DNA of 64,000 nucleotides from a bacterium (GCA_030431515.1 JAUIIX010000004.1:47810-111809), one strand, 5' to 3'. Counted from the stretch's first letter, positions 45,751 to 55,704 are shown. The notes: generated by a model not told the origin, from the letters alone. Translations and numbers: made by a program.

Positions 45751-47517
45751 ATGTCTGAAGAAAATAAAAATTTAACAGTTGTAGATAGCACTATGACTTT
45801 TTTCAACAAACTAACTAATACGCAAAAGTATATTGGTTTAGGAGTTGTAGCTGCTGTTGTACTATCAATTATCTTAATTGTTAGTTTAAGTACTGAAACT
45901 AAAATGGCAACATTATACACTGACTTAGAGCAAGGTGATTCAGGTAAGATTGTTGAACAACTACAAGAACAAGAAATTGAATATGTTCTTAAAGAAGGTG
46001 GTTCTCGAATTGACGTGCCAAGAGAATCAGTTGATAAAATTAGAATTGATTTAGCAAAAAAGGGATTACCCGAAAACTCTAACGTTGGATATGAAATTTT
46101 TGATAAAACTAACTTAGGAATGAGTGAGTTTGTTCAAAAATTAAATTTTAGAAGAGCATTAGAAGGTGAGTTAGCTAATACAATTACAAATATGGAAGAA
46201 GTAAAAAAAGCAAGAGTTCATATTGTTGTTCCAGAAAAAGCTTTATTTAAGAAAGACCAAAAGAAACCAACTGCGTCTGTTACTTTACATTTAAAATCTG
46301 GTAGAAGTATAAGTAAAATTAGTGTTGAAGGAATTCAGAATTTAATATCTTCTTCAGTTGAGGGCTTAGTTCCTACTGATGTAAAGGTTATGGATAATAA
46401 AGCAAATATGTTATCTACAGAAGCATTAGATGAAAATTCTCTTGCAGGAAAAACTGCATTACAACATCAACAACAAAGAAATGTAGAAAATTATTATGCG
46501 GATAAAATTCAATCTTTATTAGATGGAGTTTTAGGAACAAATAATACTAAAGTAAAGGTAAATGCTGATTTAGATTTCACTCAGATTGACCAAGAAAAAA
46601 CTGAATACGACCCAGATGGTGCTGTTATTCGTTCAGAACAAAATTTGAAAAATATAGATGAATCTGCTGACTCCTTAAGCTACCCTTATGTAAATATGGC
46701 TAAAGATGAAACAAATCAAATTGCTAACTATGAAATATCAAAGAATGTAGAACGTATTATGCATGAAGTTGGTGCTATCAAAAGATTAACTGTTTCTGTA
46801 TTAATAAATGGAACTGCACAAGTAGTACCTAAAGAAGATGGAGAAAAAATAATTCAATATACTCCTCGTTCTGATGATGAAATGCAAAAGTTTAATGAAA
46901 TAGTTAGGAATGCAGTTGGATATGACCAAAATAGAAATGATCAAGTAAGTGTAATTAATGTTCCATTTGCTCATACTTTAGATAAAGACAACTATATTGA
47001 TGATTTTTTACCTCCTTGGTATGAAATCCCAGATAACAAAAGAATTATTTATTTAGTTGGTCTGATGCTTGCTATATTTATTTTGATGTTAATGATTTTA
47101 CAATCAAAACAAGTACGAGATAGAATTAGAATCGCAATGGGATTACCTTCTAAAGTTGTGATTGATGACTATGAAATAGAAGAAGAAGATAAAGAAGAAC
47201 AATTAGAAGAAATTGAATTTGATGATGATGATTTATTACTTTTACCTGCTGAATTACCAGAGCAACTACTATTAGACCAAGAAATGCCTGTTGAAGATGC
47301 AGATATTAATGAAGAAATAGAATCTGAATTAGCATTTGAAAGAGATAGTTTAGCTGATATGGCAAGTGCTGACTTCGATGATGAAGTTTTATCTGAAGAA
47401 GCTTTGATGAAATTAGAAATCAAAGGTAAAGTAGAGCAATTTATGGATGAAAATCCTGCAGAAGCAGTTAGACTTCTTAGAATTATGATGTCTCAAGATG
47501 ATGAATTAAAATTTTAA
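45751..47517 (+). CDS. fliF: flagellar M-ring protein FliF
   Basis: N-terminal TM segment. LY.DL...D...IV..L....I.Y.....G..I.VP...V...R..LA..GLP, GMSEFVQKLNFRRALEGELANTI, a second TM segment, and an acidic C-terminus. Confidence 0.9.
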   Translation: MSEENKNLTVVDSTMTFFNKLTNTQKYIGLGVVAAVVLSIILIVSLSTETKMATLYTDLEQGDSGKIVEQLQEQEIEYVLKEGGSRIDVPRESVDKIRIDLAKKGLPENSNVGYEIFDKTNLGMSEFVQKLNFRRALEGELANTITNMEEVKKARVHIVVPEKALFKKDQKKPTASVTLHLKSGRSISKISVEGIQNLISSSVEGLVPTDVKVMDNKANMLSTEALDENSLAGKTALQHQQQRNVENYYADKIQSLLDGVLGTNNTKVKVNADLDFTQIDQEKTEYDPDGAVIRSEQNLKNIDESADSLSYPYVNMAKDETNQIANYEISKNVERIMHEVGAIKRLTVSVLINGTAQVVPKEDGEKIIQYTPRSDDEMQKFNEIVRNAVGYDQNRNDQVSVINVPFAHTLDKDNYIDDFLPPWYEIPDNKRIIYLVGLMLAIFILMLMILQSKQVRDRIRIAMGLPSKVVIDDYEIEEEDKEEQLEEIEFDDDDLLLLPAELPEQLLLDQEMPVEDADINEEIESELAFERDSLADMASADFDDEVLSEEALMKLEIKGKVEQFMDENPAEAVRLLRIMMSQDDELKF

Positions 47518-47546
47518 AATGAATATAAAATAATCTGGGTTTTAAA

Positions 47547-48572
47547 ATGGCGAAAAAGAAAGATCTAAAATACGATGAATTAACTGGAAAACAGAAGGCC
47601 GCTGTCCTTTTGATGTCAATGGATGTTGATGTTGCAGCTAAGATTTTCCAAGAATTTGATATGAAAGAAGTAGAACAGATTGCAGTTGAGATTACAAATC
47701 TTAAGGAATTAAATCCATCTGTAATTGAATCTGTAATTGAAGAGTTTTATCAATTAATGACTGCTTCTAACTATCTAATTGAAGGTGGATTAGAATATGC
47801 TCAGATGTTATTAGAGCGTTCTTATGGACCTGAAAAAGCCCGTGACATTATTGAAAAAATTAGAGTTCTTACTTCGGTTAGAGGATTTACTGTATTGAAA
47901 AAAGCTGACCCTCAACAGTTAGCGAACTTCTTATCAAAAGAACACCCTCAAACTATTGCATTAATTCTTTCTCACTTACCTGCAGATCAATCAGCAGAAG
48001 TATTAGGTGAGTTTGATGAACAATTACGTTCTGATACTGTGTTTAGAATTGCAACTTTAGGTAAGGTCTCCCCTTCTATTGTTTCTGAAATCGAAGCAGT
48101 AGTAGATGAAATCGCCGAAACAACATTATCTCAAGATCTTGCTAAAACTGGTGGTACTCACATGGTAGCAAGTATATTGAATAAATCAAATAATCAAGTT
48201 GCTAAAATGATATTAGAAAACATCGAAGAGCAAGATTATGCAATGGCTACAGAGATTAAACGTTTAATGTTCTTATTCGAAGATATTATATTAATTGATG
48301 ATAGAAGTATCCAAAGAATATTAAGAGATGTAGAAAAATCTGACTTGGCACTTGCACTTAAAGCATCTGACCAAAAAGTTCAAGAGAAAATATTTAAAAA
48401 TATGTCTCAAAGAGCTTCGGAAGTAATTAAAGAAGAAATTGAATTTATGGGTCCTGTTAAACTGAAAGAAGTTGAATCTGCTCAGATGAGAATTGTTGAT
48501 ATTATCAAAGACTTAGAAGACAAAGAAGAGATTGTTGTTGGTGGACGTGGTAATGAAGATGTATTCGTATAA
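47547..48572 (+). CDS. fliG: flagellar motor switch protein FliG
   Basis: LTGKQKAAVLLMSMDVDVAAKIF, EHPQTIALILSHL, MFLFEDI, and C-terminal MSQRASEVIKEEIEFMGPVKLKEVE.AQ..I. Confidence 0.93.
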   Translation: MAKKKDLKYDELTGKQKAAVLLMSMDVDVAAKIFQEFDMKEVEQIAVEITNLKELNPSVIESVIEEFYQLMTASNYLIEGGLEYAQMLLERSYGPEKARDIIEKIRVLTSVRGFTVLKKADPQQLANFLSKEHPQTIALILSHLPADQSAEVLGEFDEQLRSDTVFRIATLGKVSPSIVSEIEAVVDEIAETTLSQDLAKTGGTHMVASILNKSNNQVAKMILENIEEQDYAMATEIKRLMFLFEDIILIDDRSIQRILRDVEKSDLALALKASDQKVQEKIFKNMSQRASEVIKEEIEFMGPVKLKEVESAQMRIVDIIKDLEDKEEIVVGGRGNEDVFV

Positions 48573-48585
48573 CAAATAATAATTT

Positions 48586-49941
48586 ATGCAAAAATTTACT
48601 CTAAAAGTAGGAAAAGAACCAAAAAGACTACGTATAATTCGAGATAATGCTCGAATTGAAGAGGAGATTTATAAGTATAATTTTAAAAAATACCAAAGAA
48701 GTTTACTCCAAGATAGAGAAAGTAACGAAGAAAAAGAAGAAAGACTTAAACAAGAGAAGATTGAAGAACAAAGACGTAAAGAAGACGAAGAAAGAGAAGC
48801 AAGATTAAAAGAACTTGAAAGAAAAGAAGCAATAATCACAAAATATTGGAGTGAATTTGTAATATCTAACAAAGGAGAATTACTTGAGTTAGATATGAGC
48901 AGAATTCGTGAAGATAGTATTCCTATTAGTGTTGCTAAAGAAGAGATTCAAAATGCCTATGAAAGAGGTTCCGAAGATGGACAAATGCAGGCAATGTCAA
49001 CTTATCGAACTGAAATCGAAAAATATCAAGAATGGTTAAGAAGAATTGATTCAGTAACAATAGATTTAAAGAAAGAACATATTCAAGCTATTAAAAATTT
49101 TGAAAATAATATGATTGATTTATCTACTATGATGGCAGAAGCTATCTTAGATGAGAAAATCAACGAAGATAAATCTGTTGTTATCAAACAAGTTCGGAAA
49201 GCGATTTCTTCTGTTTACAATGAAAAAGTATTTAAAATCCATGTAAATCCAGAAATGGTTAAACTACTAGAAGAAGTAAAAAGTACTTTATTAATTGATG
49301 AAATTGAAGCAAATAAAATAGAGATTTACCCAAATCCGACGGTTCCAATTGGAGGATGTTTGCTTGAAACTTCTGGAGGTATGCTTGATGCTCGAGTAAA
49401 AAATCAACTCAGAAAAATATATAAAGAACTTCAAATTGAGAATGAAAGAATTTTCGATACTAAAGAAGTTGAAGATGAATTAAATAATTTTTATGATGAT
49501 ATTGATTCAGTTGATGCAATTGATGCTAACATTCCCAAAGAAAATGAAGATTCCTCTTCTGAAATTGATTTAGATGAAGACTTTGATTATGATGATATGC
49601 CAGCCGAATATAAAGAAATGTTCTCCGATGATATATTTGGAGAGGAAGACATTGACTTAGAAGGTAATACTATTATTCCCGAAGAAGCACCTGAAATTAT
49701 TGAAGACGTAGTTGAAGAAATTGACTATCAAGCTCTATATGATGATGAAATTCAAAAACAAGAAGAAGAAGCTTTGAGAAAGGCAATGGAAAAAGAAAAC
49801 AACAATCCACCTGAAAATGAAAATCCTAATTCTGAAAATTTAGATAGTGATAATACTGAAGAAAGTGAAGAAAACAACCCTGCTGATAACAATGACGCTG
49901 AATTGGGTTTAAGCGATTTTGATTTTGATGACTTTAAGTAA
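48586..49941 (+). CDS. fliH: flagellar assembly protein FliH with long K/E-rich N-terminal and about 165-aa acidic C-terminal extensions
   Basis: Positioned between fliG and fliI. The core VFKIHVNPEMVKLLEE...IEIYPNPTVPIGGCLLETSGGMLDARVKNQLRKI matches the FliH/YscL-family C-terminal domain. At 451 aa it is far longer than the usual FliH of about 230-260 aa. Confidence 0.7.
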   Translation: MQKFTLKVGKEPKRLRIIRDNARIEEEIYKYNFKKYQRSLLQDRESNEEKEERLKQEKIEEQRRKEDEEREARLKELERKEAIITKYWSEFVISNKGELLELDMSRIREDSIPISVAKEEIQNAYERGSEDGQMQAMSTYRTEIEKYQEWLRRIDSVTIDLKKEHIQAIKNFENNMIDLSTMMAEAILDEKINEDKSVVIKQVRKAISSVYNEKVFKIHVNPEMVKLLEEVKSTLLIDEIEANKIEIYPNPTVPIGGCLLETSGGMLDARVKNQLRKIYKELQIENERIFDTKEVEDELNNFYDDIDSVDAIDANIPKENEDSSSEIDLDEDFDYDDMPAEYKEMFSDDIFGEEDIDLEGNTIIPEEAPEIIEDVVEEIDYQALYDDEIQKQEEEALRKAMEKENNNPPENENPNSENLDSDNTEESEENNPADNNDAELGLSDFDFDDFK

Positions 49942-49961
49942 AATACAATTTGAGATAATAA

Positions 49962-51299
49962 ATGATTACAAGTAATCTAAAAAAAAATAAATTTGAAAGT
50001 GTAATAAAAAATGTTAATACATTACAAAAAATTGGTAATCTTACTAATGTTGTTGGATTAGTACTTGAATCAAATGGTCCAAAAGCTCCGATTGGTGAAG
50101 TTTGTATTTTACGTAATGAAAAAGGCGAAAAAGTTACAAAAGCTGAAATCGTTGGTTTTAAAGATGGAAATAGAATTTTATCTATGGTTTTAGGTGACCT
50201 AAATAATATTTCACCAGGTATGGAAATAGTATCTACCAATGAAGAATTTAAAATCAAAGTATCAAATCATTTACTCGGTAGAGTTATTGATGGTTTAGGT
50301 GAACCATTAGATGGTAAAAAATCATATCCAATTCAAGAAAAGCGTTCAATTTACGCAAATCCACCGAATCCACTTTCTCGTAAATCAATTACAGAACCTA
50401 TATTTACAGGAGTTAGAGCCATTGATGGACTTCTATCTATAGGAAAAGGACAAAGAGTTGGGATATTTGCTGGGTCTGGAGTAGGTAAATCAACCCTACT
50501 TGGAATGATGGCAAAAAACTCTTCTGCTGATATTAATGTAATTGCATTAGTTGGTGAAAGAGGTAGAGAAGTTAAAGAGTTTATTGAGAATGACCTAGGA
50601 GAAGATGGCTTAGCAAGGTCTGTTGTTATTGTAGCAACATCTGACCAACCTGCACTTGTGAGAGTAAAAGCTGCTTTAGTTGCTACAACTATTTCAGAAT
50701 ATTTCAGAGACCAAGGTCTTGATGTAATGCTAATGATGGACTCCGTTACCAGACTTGCAATGGCACAAAGAGAAGTTGGTTTGGCAATAGGTGAACCACC
50801 AACAACTAAAGGATATACTCCATCGTGTTTCTCACTTATGCAGAAAGTAATGGAAAGAGCAGGAACAAGTGATAAGGGCTCAATTACAGCACTTTATACT
50901 GTCTTGGTAGAAGGTGATGATTTTAATGAACCAATCTCTGATTCTGCAAGAGGTATATTAGATGGACACATAATATTATCAAGAAAACTTGCTAACTTAG
51001 GGCATTTCCCTGCGATAGATACACTTGATTCAATAAGTAGAGTTATGGGTAAGGTTGTATTTGATGAACATATTATTGCCGCTCGTAAAATTAAAGAACT
51101 TCTTGCTACTTACAGAATGTCAGAAGACCTTATCTCAATTGGTGCATATCAACAAGGGACTAACCCTAAAACTGATAAAGCAATTATGATGTATGATAAA
51201 ATTCTAGAATTTTTGAAACAAGATAATTACGATTCAACCCCATGGGAAGAATCTGTCGATTGGCTTTTAAAGCTTGCTGAAGAAGCAAATAGATTGTAA
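49962..51299 (+). CDS. fliI: flagellum-specific ATPase FliI
   Basis: Walker A GIFAGSGVGKSTLLGM. Walker B VMLMMDSVTRLAMAQREVGLAIGEPP. GSITALYTVLVEGDD. GHFPAID. Confidence 0.93.
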   Translation: MITSNLKKNKFESVIKNVNTLQKIGNLTNVVGLVLESNGPKAPIGEVCILRNEKGEKVTKAEIVGFKDGNRILSMVLGDLNNISPGMEIVSTNEEFKIKVSNHLLGRVIDGLGEPLDGKKSYPIQEKRSIYANPPNPLSRKSITEPIFTGVRAIDGLLSIGKGQRVGIFAGSGVGKSTLLGMMAKNSSADINVIALVGERGREVKEFIENDLGEDGLARSVVIVATSDQPALVRVKAALVATTISEYFRDQGLDVMLMMDSVTRLAMAQREVGLAIGEPPTTKGYTPSCFSLMQKVMERAGTSDKGSITALYTVLVEGDDFNEPISDSARGILDGHIILSRKLANLGHFPAIDTLDSISRVMGKVVFDEHIIAARKIKELLATYRMSEDLISIGAYQQGTNPKTDKAIMMYDKILEFLKQDNYDSTPWEESVDWLLKLAEEANRL

Positions 51300-51420
51300 T
51301 TTATTTCCTTTTTCGTTTTATTTTTAAAACTAAATTAACAAAAATTATAATTTAATTACGAAAAAACTATACAAATGGTTTGATAATTCAATCTTTAAGA
51401 CGATATTAGACTATAATAAT

Positions 51421-51945
51421 TTATAATAAAATGAACTCTTCCTTTAATATAGCATAAATACAATCATCAACCCATTCATCTTTAAAGAAATAACTTTTAA
51501 TATGATGTACTTCTTTTCGCATTTGTAACTTTTTAAGTAGTTTTATTGAATTTATATTCCTTGGATCAACAGATGCAGTAATTCTATGTTTATTAAATTG
51601 ATTAAACAATATGTTAAATAAATAAGAAATAGCTTCAAAAGCATAACCATTATTTTGAAATTCTTTATTTAATGTAATTCCAAATTCTACTTGTTCATCA
51701 CCAATAAAGTGTACTCCAATATCTCCAATCAAATTATTATCTTCTTTAATAATAACTAATTGAAACCAGGTATCATTAACATTAAATTCCTGAGAACATT
51801 TTTGTATAAATTCTCTAACTTCTTCGATACTTGTAGGAACAAAACTTTGATATTCGTTATCTCTTACTCGAGATCTATATTCAAACAATTTTTCTGTGTC
51901 TTCCAACAACATTGGTCTTAATATTAATCTTTCACTTTCAAACAT
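51421..51945 (-). CDS. GNAT family N-acetyltransferase (RimJ/RimL-like, Acetyltransf_3 type)
   Basis: ERLILRPMLLEDTEKLFEY at the N-terminus, NNGYAFEAISYLFN, and SVDPRNINSIKLLKKLQM. Confidence 0.8.
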   Translation of the reverse strand: MFESERLILRPMLLEDTEKLFEYRSRVRDNEYQSFVPTSIEEVREFIQKCSQEFNVNDTWFQLVIIKEDNNLIGDIGVHFIGDEQVEFGITLNKEFQNNGYAFEAISYLFNILFNQFNKHRITASVDPRNINSIKLLKKLQMRKEVHHIKSYFFKDEWVDDCIYAILKEEFILL

Positions 51946-51950
51946 AATCT

Positions 51951-52754
51951 CTAACTATTTTTAATTGCAACAACTGAATAAACTAAAGGTAATTTGTTCT
52001 GATATTGTTTAATTCTGAATTTTCCTTTCACATATTCTTCAGAATTACTTACAAAAGGATAAGGCGAATAGTCATATTCATTCAAACATTGTATCTGTAA
52101 TCCTTTGTCAATCAAACAATTTATAACTTCACTTATTCCATGATTCCAAGTAACACATTTTTGTTGAATTTCTGCTTTTTTATCAGCATAAGTTCCTACT
52201 TCATCTTCTACAATAGCATCTGATTTTAAATAAGGATAAATGATTTTTTCAATGTCATCATCAAACATCCAAACAACTGGATGAAATTCTACAAAAACAA
52301 ATTTAGCATTTTCGTTCATAAAATGACTAACAATTTCTGCCCATTTATCCAAATCTGGAAGCCAAGCAATTGTACCATAACTTGTAAAAACTATATCATA
52401 TTTTTTATTAAGCACATTTGGCAAATCATATATATTACTGCAAATAAACTCTGCATTTGAATTAGTAAGTTTAGCAAGTTCATGTGCTTTCGCAATAGAC
52501 TTTTCCGAAAAATCTACGCCTGTTACATGAGCACCTAATCGACTTAAAGAAATTGAATCTTGCCCAAAATGACATTGAAGATGTAAAATATTCTTTCCCT
52601 TTATATCACCTAACAAATCTAATTCAATTGTATTTAAAGATGATTTACCATTTATAAAAGCATCTAAATTATAAAAATCAGATTTTAAATGAGATTCAAG
52701 TCTATTATTCCATGATGCTTTATTAATATCAATATAGTTATTCATTTTAAACAT
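51951..52754 (-). CDS. class I SAM-dependent methyltransferase (small-molecule or unknown substrate type)
   Basis: ILHLQCHFGQDSISLSRLGAHVTGVDFSEKSI (motif I/II) and YDIVFTSYGTIAWLPDL. Confidence 0.8.
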   Translation of the reverse strand: MFKMNNYIDINKASWNNRLESHLKSDFYNLDAFINGKSSLNTIELDLLGDIKGKNILHLQCHFGQDSISLSRLGAHVTGVDFSEKSIAKAHELAKLTNSNAEFICSNIYDLPNVLNKKYDIVFTSYGTIAWLPDLDKWAEIVSHFMNENAKFVFVEFHPVVWMFDDDIEKIIYPYLKSDAIVEDEVGTYADKKAEIQQKCVTWNHGISEVINCLIDKGLQIQCLNEYDYSPYPFVSNSEEYVKGKFRIKQYQNKLPLVYSVVAIKNS

Positions 52755-53502
52755 CTTTTATATTAAAAAGTTCGGCAGGATTTATTTTAAATTGTAACAT
52801 TTGTGCTGTCTTTCTACCCCTATCTCCACCTTTTCTTTGCAATGTTACCCTACCAATCTTTATATTACCACGTTTTGTAATTTCTATTTCTCCATTTCCA
52901 AAAAAATTTAAACAATAGTTTATTGGTTTTAATATCCATCTTGAATTAGCATTCACTTTTTGAATTACTAACATCCATTCGGCTGCTAATTGCCCTCGAC
53001 CTTTGATAATATCTGAGATTATCAATGTTTTATTTTTGTCAAGCCAATTTAATAATTTACTTTTTTCTAAATCACTAAATTCATTAGCAAAAGTTCTTCG
53101 TCTATCTTTAGGATTTTGAACTTTAGGACTAATTTCACCTGAATATAATTTTAACAAAACAATAACATCTTTAGGAATATCCCACATTTCATTATATTTA
53201 TCTATCCATCGCTTATCAATTTGATTAAAACCTTTTAAATTAGATACTAATTTTACTTGTAGATTTTGAACATCTATTATTTTTTTTAACTTTATATTTA
53301 CTTGAACTTGCACATCTGTTTTATACCCACTTAAAATAAATGCTTCAACTTTTTCAATTTCAGTTAAATCATAGCCCATTAAAAAAAGCCATTTTGTTGC
53401 ATCTTCATCTTTTTTCCAATTATTGAATTTATCAATTACATCTTTTTCATTTTTAAATCCATTTTTTGCTGTATTAGACCCTAATTCGAAAGATTTATCC
53501 AT
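52747..53502 (-). CDS. type IIP restriction endonuclease, HinP1I/MspI-like
   Basis: Overlaps the 3' end of the HhaI-like methylase gene by 8 nt. SGYKTD-X18-QVK fits the (S/T)D-X18-Q-X-K catalytic arrangement that I recall for R.HinP1I. The N-terminal ELGSNTAKNGFKNEKD and C-terminal GRVTLQRKGGDRGR..AQMLQFKI also look HinP1I-like. All of this is from memory and needs a search. Confidence 0.6.
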   Translation of the reverse strand: MDKSFELGSNTAKNGFKNEKDVIDKFNNWKKDEDATKWLFLMGYDLTEIEKVEAFILSGYKTDVQVQVNIKLKKIIDVQNLQVKLVSNLKGFNQIDKRWIDKYNEMWDIPKDVIVLLKLYSGEISPKVQNPKDRRRTFANEFSDLEKSKLLNWLDKNKTLIISDIIKGRGQLAAEWMLVIQKVNANSRWILKPINYCLNFFGNGEIEITKRGNIKIGRVTLQRKGGDRGRKTAQMLQFKINPAELFNIKDV

Positions 53503-54532
53503 ATTTTAACTCTTTAGGATATTTCTTTGATAAAACATTATATTCTAATGCGTTACTTATTTCAATTAATATATATTGTAATACATTAATTGAAACGCTA
53601 TTACCAAATTGTTTATATGCTTGAGAAACTGATTTATTTAATTTGAAAGTATCTGGAAATCCTTGTAATCTCGCACATTCTCTAGGGGACAATTTTCTAA
53701 TTTTTCCATTAATTTGATATAGACCTGTTTTAGATCCTACTCCACCACCATAAGCTGATAAAGTTACAGAATGTCCTTTTGAATGATAAATTCTTTCACC
53801 TTGCCCACCTTTATTAACTTTACCAATTTGGATTGTTGTATTAGGCAATTCATATTCATTAAAGATATTCTTGCTTAATTGAAATTCCTTATAAATACTA
53901 ATATCATCTCTATTAATAACTTTCGCATTTGTTGGATTTTCTTCTAAAATGTCTTCTAAACAGCTTTGATTATTTGATAATTTCGGGAAATTAAATTCAT
54001 TTACATAAAGTTCATCACTAAAGGCAACAATATAAATTCTTTCTCTATTTTGAGGTAATCCAAAGTTACTGGTATTTAATACTTTAGAAAAAACTTGATA
54101 ATTCATTCCTTCTAAAATTGAAATAATTGTTTCTAAAGTTTTTCCATTATCATGGCGTTCTAAATTTTTTACATTTTCTAAGAATAATACTTTAGGTTTG
54201 TGATAATTTGCTATTCTTGCAATATCAAAAAACAATGTACCTCGAGAATCTTCAAAGCCCTTTTGTTTTCCTGAAATTGAAAAGGATTGACATGGAAATC
54301 CTGCACATAATATATCATGTTTTGGTATGAATGATTCATTGATTTTTGTAATATCGCCTTGTGGAATTAATCCATGATTTTCAATATATGTTTCTACTGA
54401 ATACTTGTCAATTTCAGATGCAAATACGCATTCAGCTCCAAATGATTCTAAAGCAAGATGAAAACCACCTATCCCTGCGAATAGATCAATAAACTTATAT
54501 TTTCCTAATGTTTGATTATTACTTAAAATCAT
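53495..54532 (-). CDS. DNA (cytosine-5)-methyltransferase, M.HhaI-like (predicted GCGC specificity)
   Basis: Motif I FIDLFAGIGGF, motif IV GFPCQSFS, motif VI ENVKNL, motif VIII QNRERIYIV, motif IX RKLSPRECARLQGFP, motif X YKQFGNSVSINV. The target-recognition region GKVNKGGQGERIYHSKGHSVTLSAYGGGVGSKTG is close to M.HhaI GIVGKGGQGERIYSTRGIAITLSAYGGGIFAKTG. Confidence 0.93.
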   Translation of the reverse strand: MILSNNQTLGKYKFIDLFAGIGGFHLALESFGAECVFASEIDKYSVETYIENHGLIPQGDITKINESFIPKHDILCAGFPCQSFSISGKQKGFEDSRGTLFFDIARIANYHKPKVLFLENVKNLERHDNGKTLETIISILEGMNYQVFSKVLNTSNFGLPQNRERIYIVAFSDELYVNEFNFPKLSNNQSCLEDILEENPTNAKVINRDDISIYKEFQLSKNIFNEYELPNTTIQIGKVNKGGQGERIYHSKGHSVTLSAYGGGVGSKTGLYQINGKIRKLSPRECARLQGFPDTFKLNKSVSQAYKQFGNSVSINVLQYILIEISNALEYNVLSKKYPKELKYG

Positions 54533-54573
54533 TTTATATACTTTTAATTATCATATTTACAAAATTAATAAAA

Positions 54574-55704
54574 TTACTTAACTTTCTCCCACCAATTAGT
54601 AAATACTTGATTTGAATCATTTAGTTTTACAATTTCTCCAATTATTGGAGTAATCAATGAAATATCTGTATCTTTATTAAACTCGCTAACTTTTATTAAT
54701 GGCTCGTCCCAAGGGTGATTAGCTAATACAAACTTAGATGAATGGACAGGGAACAATCTCTTTGTTTTCAAATCTTTGCCTGCTTGAATCACTTCATCAG
54801 GTAAGGTATGGATATATCTCCAAGCTAAATCATATTGTCCATTTTCAATTATTGATATATCAATCGGACCATATTTTTCACCGATTTCTGCAAAATGAGT
54901 ATCATAGCCACTATCACCTCCAATATATATTTTCAAACTTTGAGATTCTAATAAATATGAAGCCCACAGCGTATTATTTCGAGTAAATCCTCTACCTGAA
55001 AAATGTCTTGCAGTAAGCACATGAGCAGTAAATCCATCTGCTAATTCGACAGATTCATTCCAATTCTTTTCGATAATCTGATTCTTTTCATATCCCCAAT
55101 GTTCAAAATGTGATCCTACTCCTAATCCACAAATCACCTTACTTATCTTACCTTTAAAATTAGTAATAGTTTCATAATCTAAATGATCATAATGGTCATG
55201 TGAAATAAATAAATAGTCAATATTAGGAAAATCATCAACAGTATAAATATCAGTTCCAGGAAAAGATTTTGTCGTTCCTGGAATTGGAGAAGCATTGCCA
55301 CTAAAAACAGGGTCAACTAATATCCTAACACCATCTAACTGAATGTAATAAGAAGAATGACCAAACCAAATCATAACATTATCTTCGATTGGAATATCTT
55401 TAATGTTAGTTTTAATTGAAGGAATTTCGCTTTCAGGTCTTTGTCTTGGATATTTTGTAAAAATAAAATTATACAATATTCCAGTCATAGAATAACCTTC
55501 AACTAAATCAAGAGTATATGATAAATTCTGAAATTTACCATCTTTAAAATTATCAAGATTTTTATAGGAATCCACTTTCTTTATATTTGGCGAATTACCA
55601 AATTTATCTAGTTTTGTATAAAAATAAGTAATAATAAGCAACAATACTATAATAGCAGAAATAATAATCATAATGTACTTTATAATTTTTAAAAATAATT
55701 TCAT
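54574..55704 (-). CDS. membrane-anchored MBL-fold metallo-hydrolase
   Basis: N-terminal TM segment. FISHDHYDHLD (HxHxDH motif). Downstream GGDSGY and PVHSS contexts. Confidence 0.8.
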   Translation of the reverse strand: MKLFLKIIKYIMIIISAIIVLLLIITYFYTKLDKFGNSPNIKKVDSYKNLDNFKDGKFQNLSYTLDLVEGYSMTGILYNFIFTKYPRQRPESEIPSIKTNIKDIPIEDNVMIWFGHSSYYIQLDGVRILVDPVFSGNASPIPGTTKSFPGTDIYTVDDFPNIDYLFISHDHYDHLDYETITNFKGKISKVICGLGVGSHFEHWGYEKNQIIEKNWNESVELADGFTAHVLTARHFSGRGFTRNNTLWASYLLESQSLKIYIGGDSGYDTHFAEIGEKYGPIDISIIENGQYDLAWRYIHTLPDEVIQAGKDLKTKRLFPVHSSKFVLANHPWDEPLIKVSEFNKDTDISLITPIIGEIVKLNDSNQVFTNWWEKVK

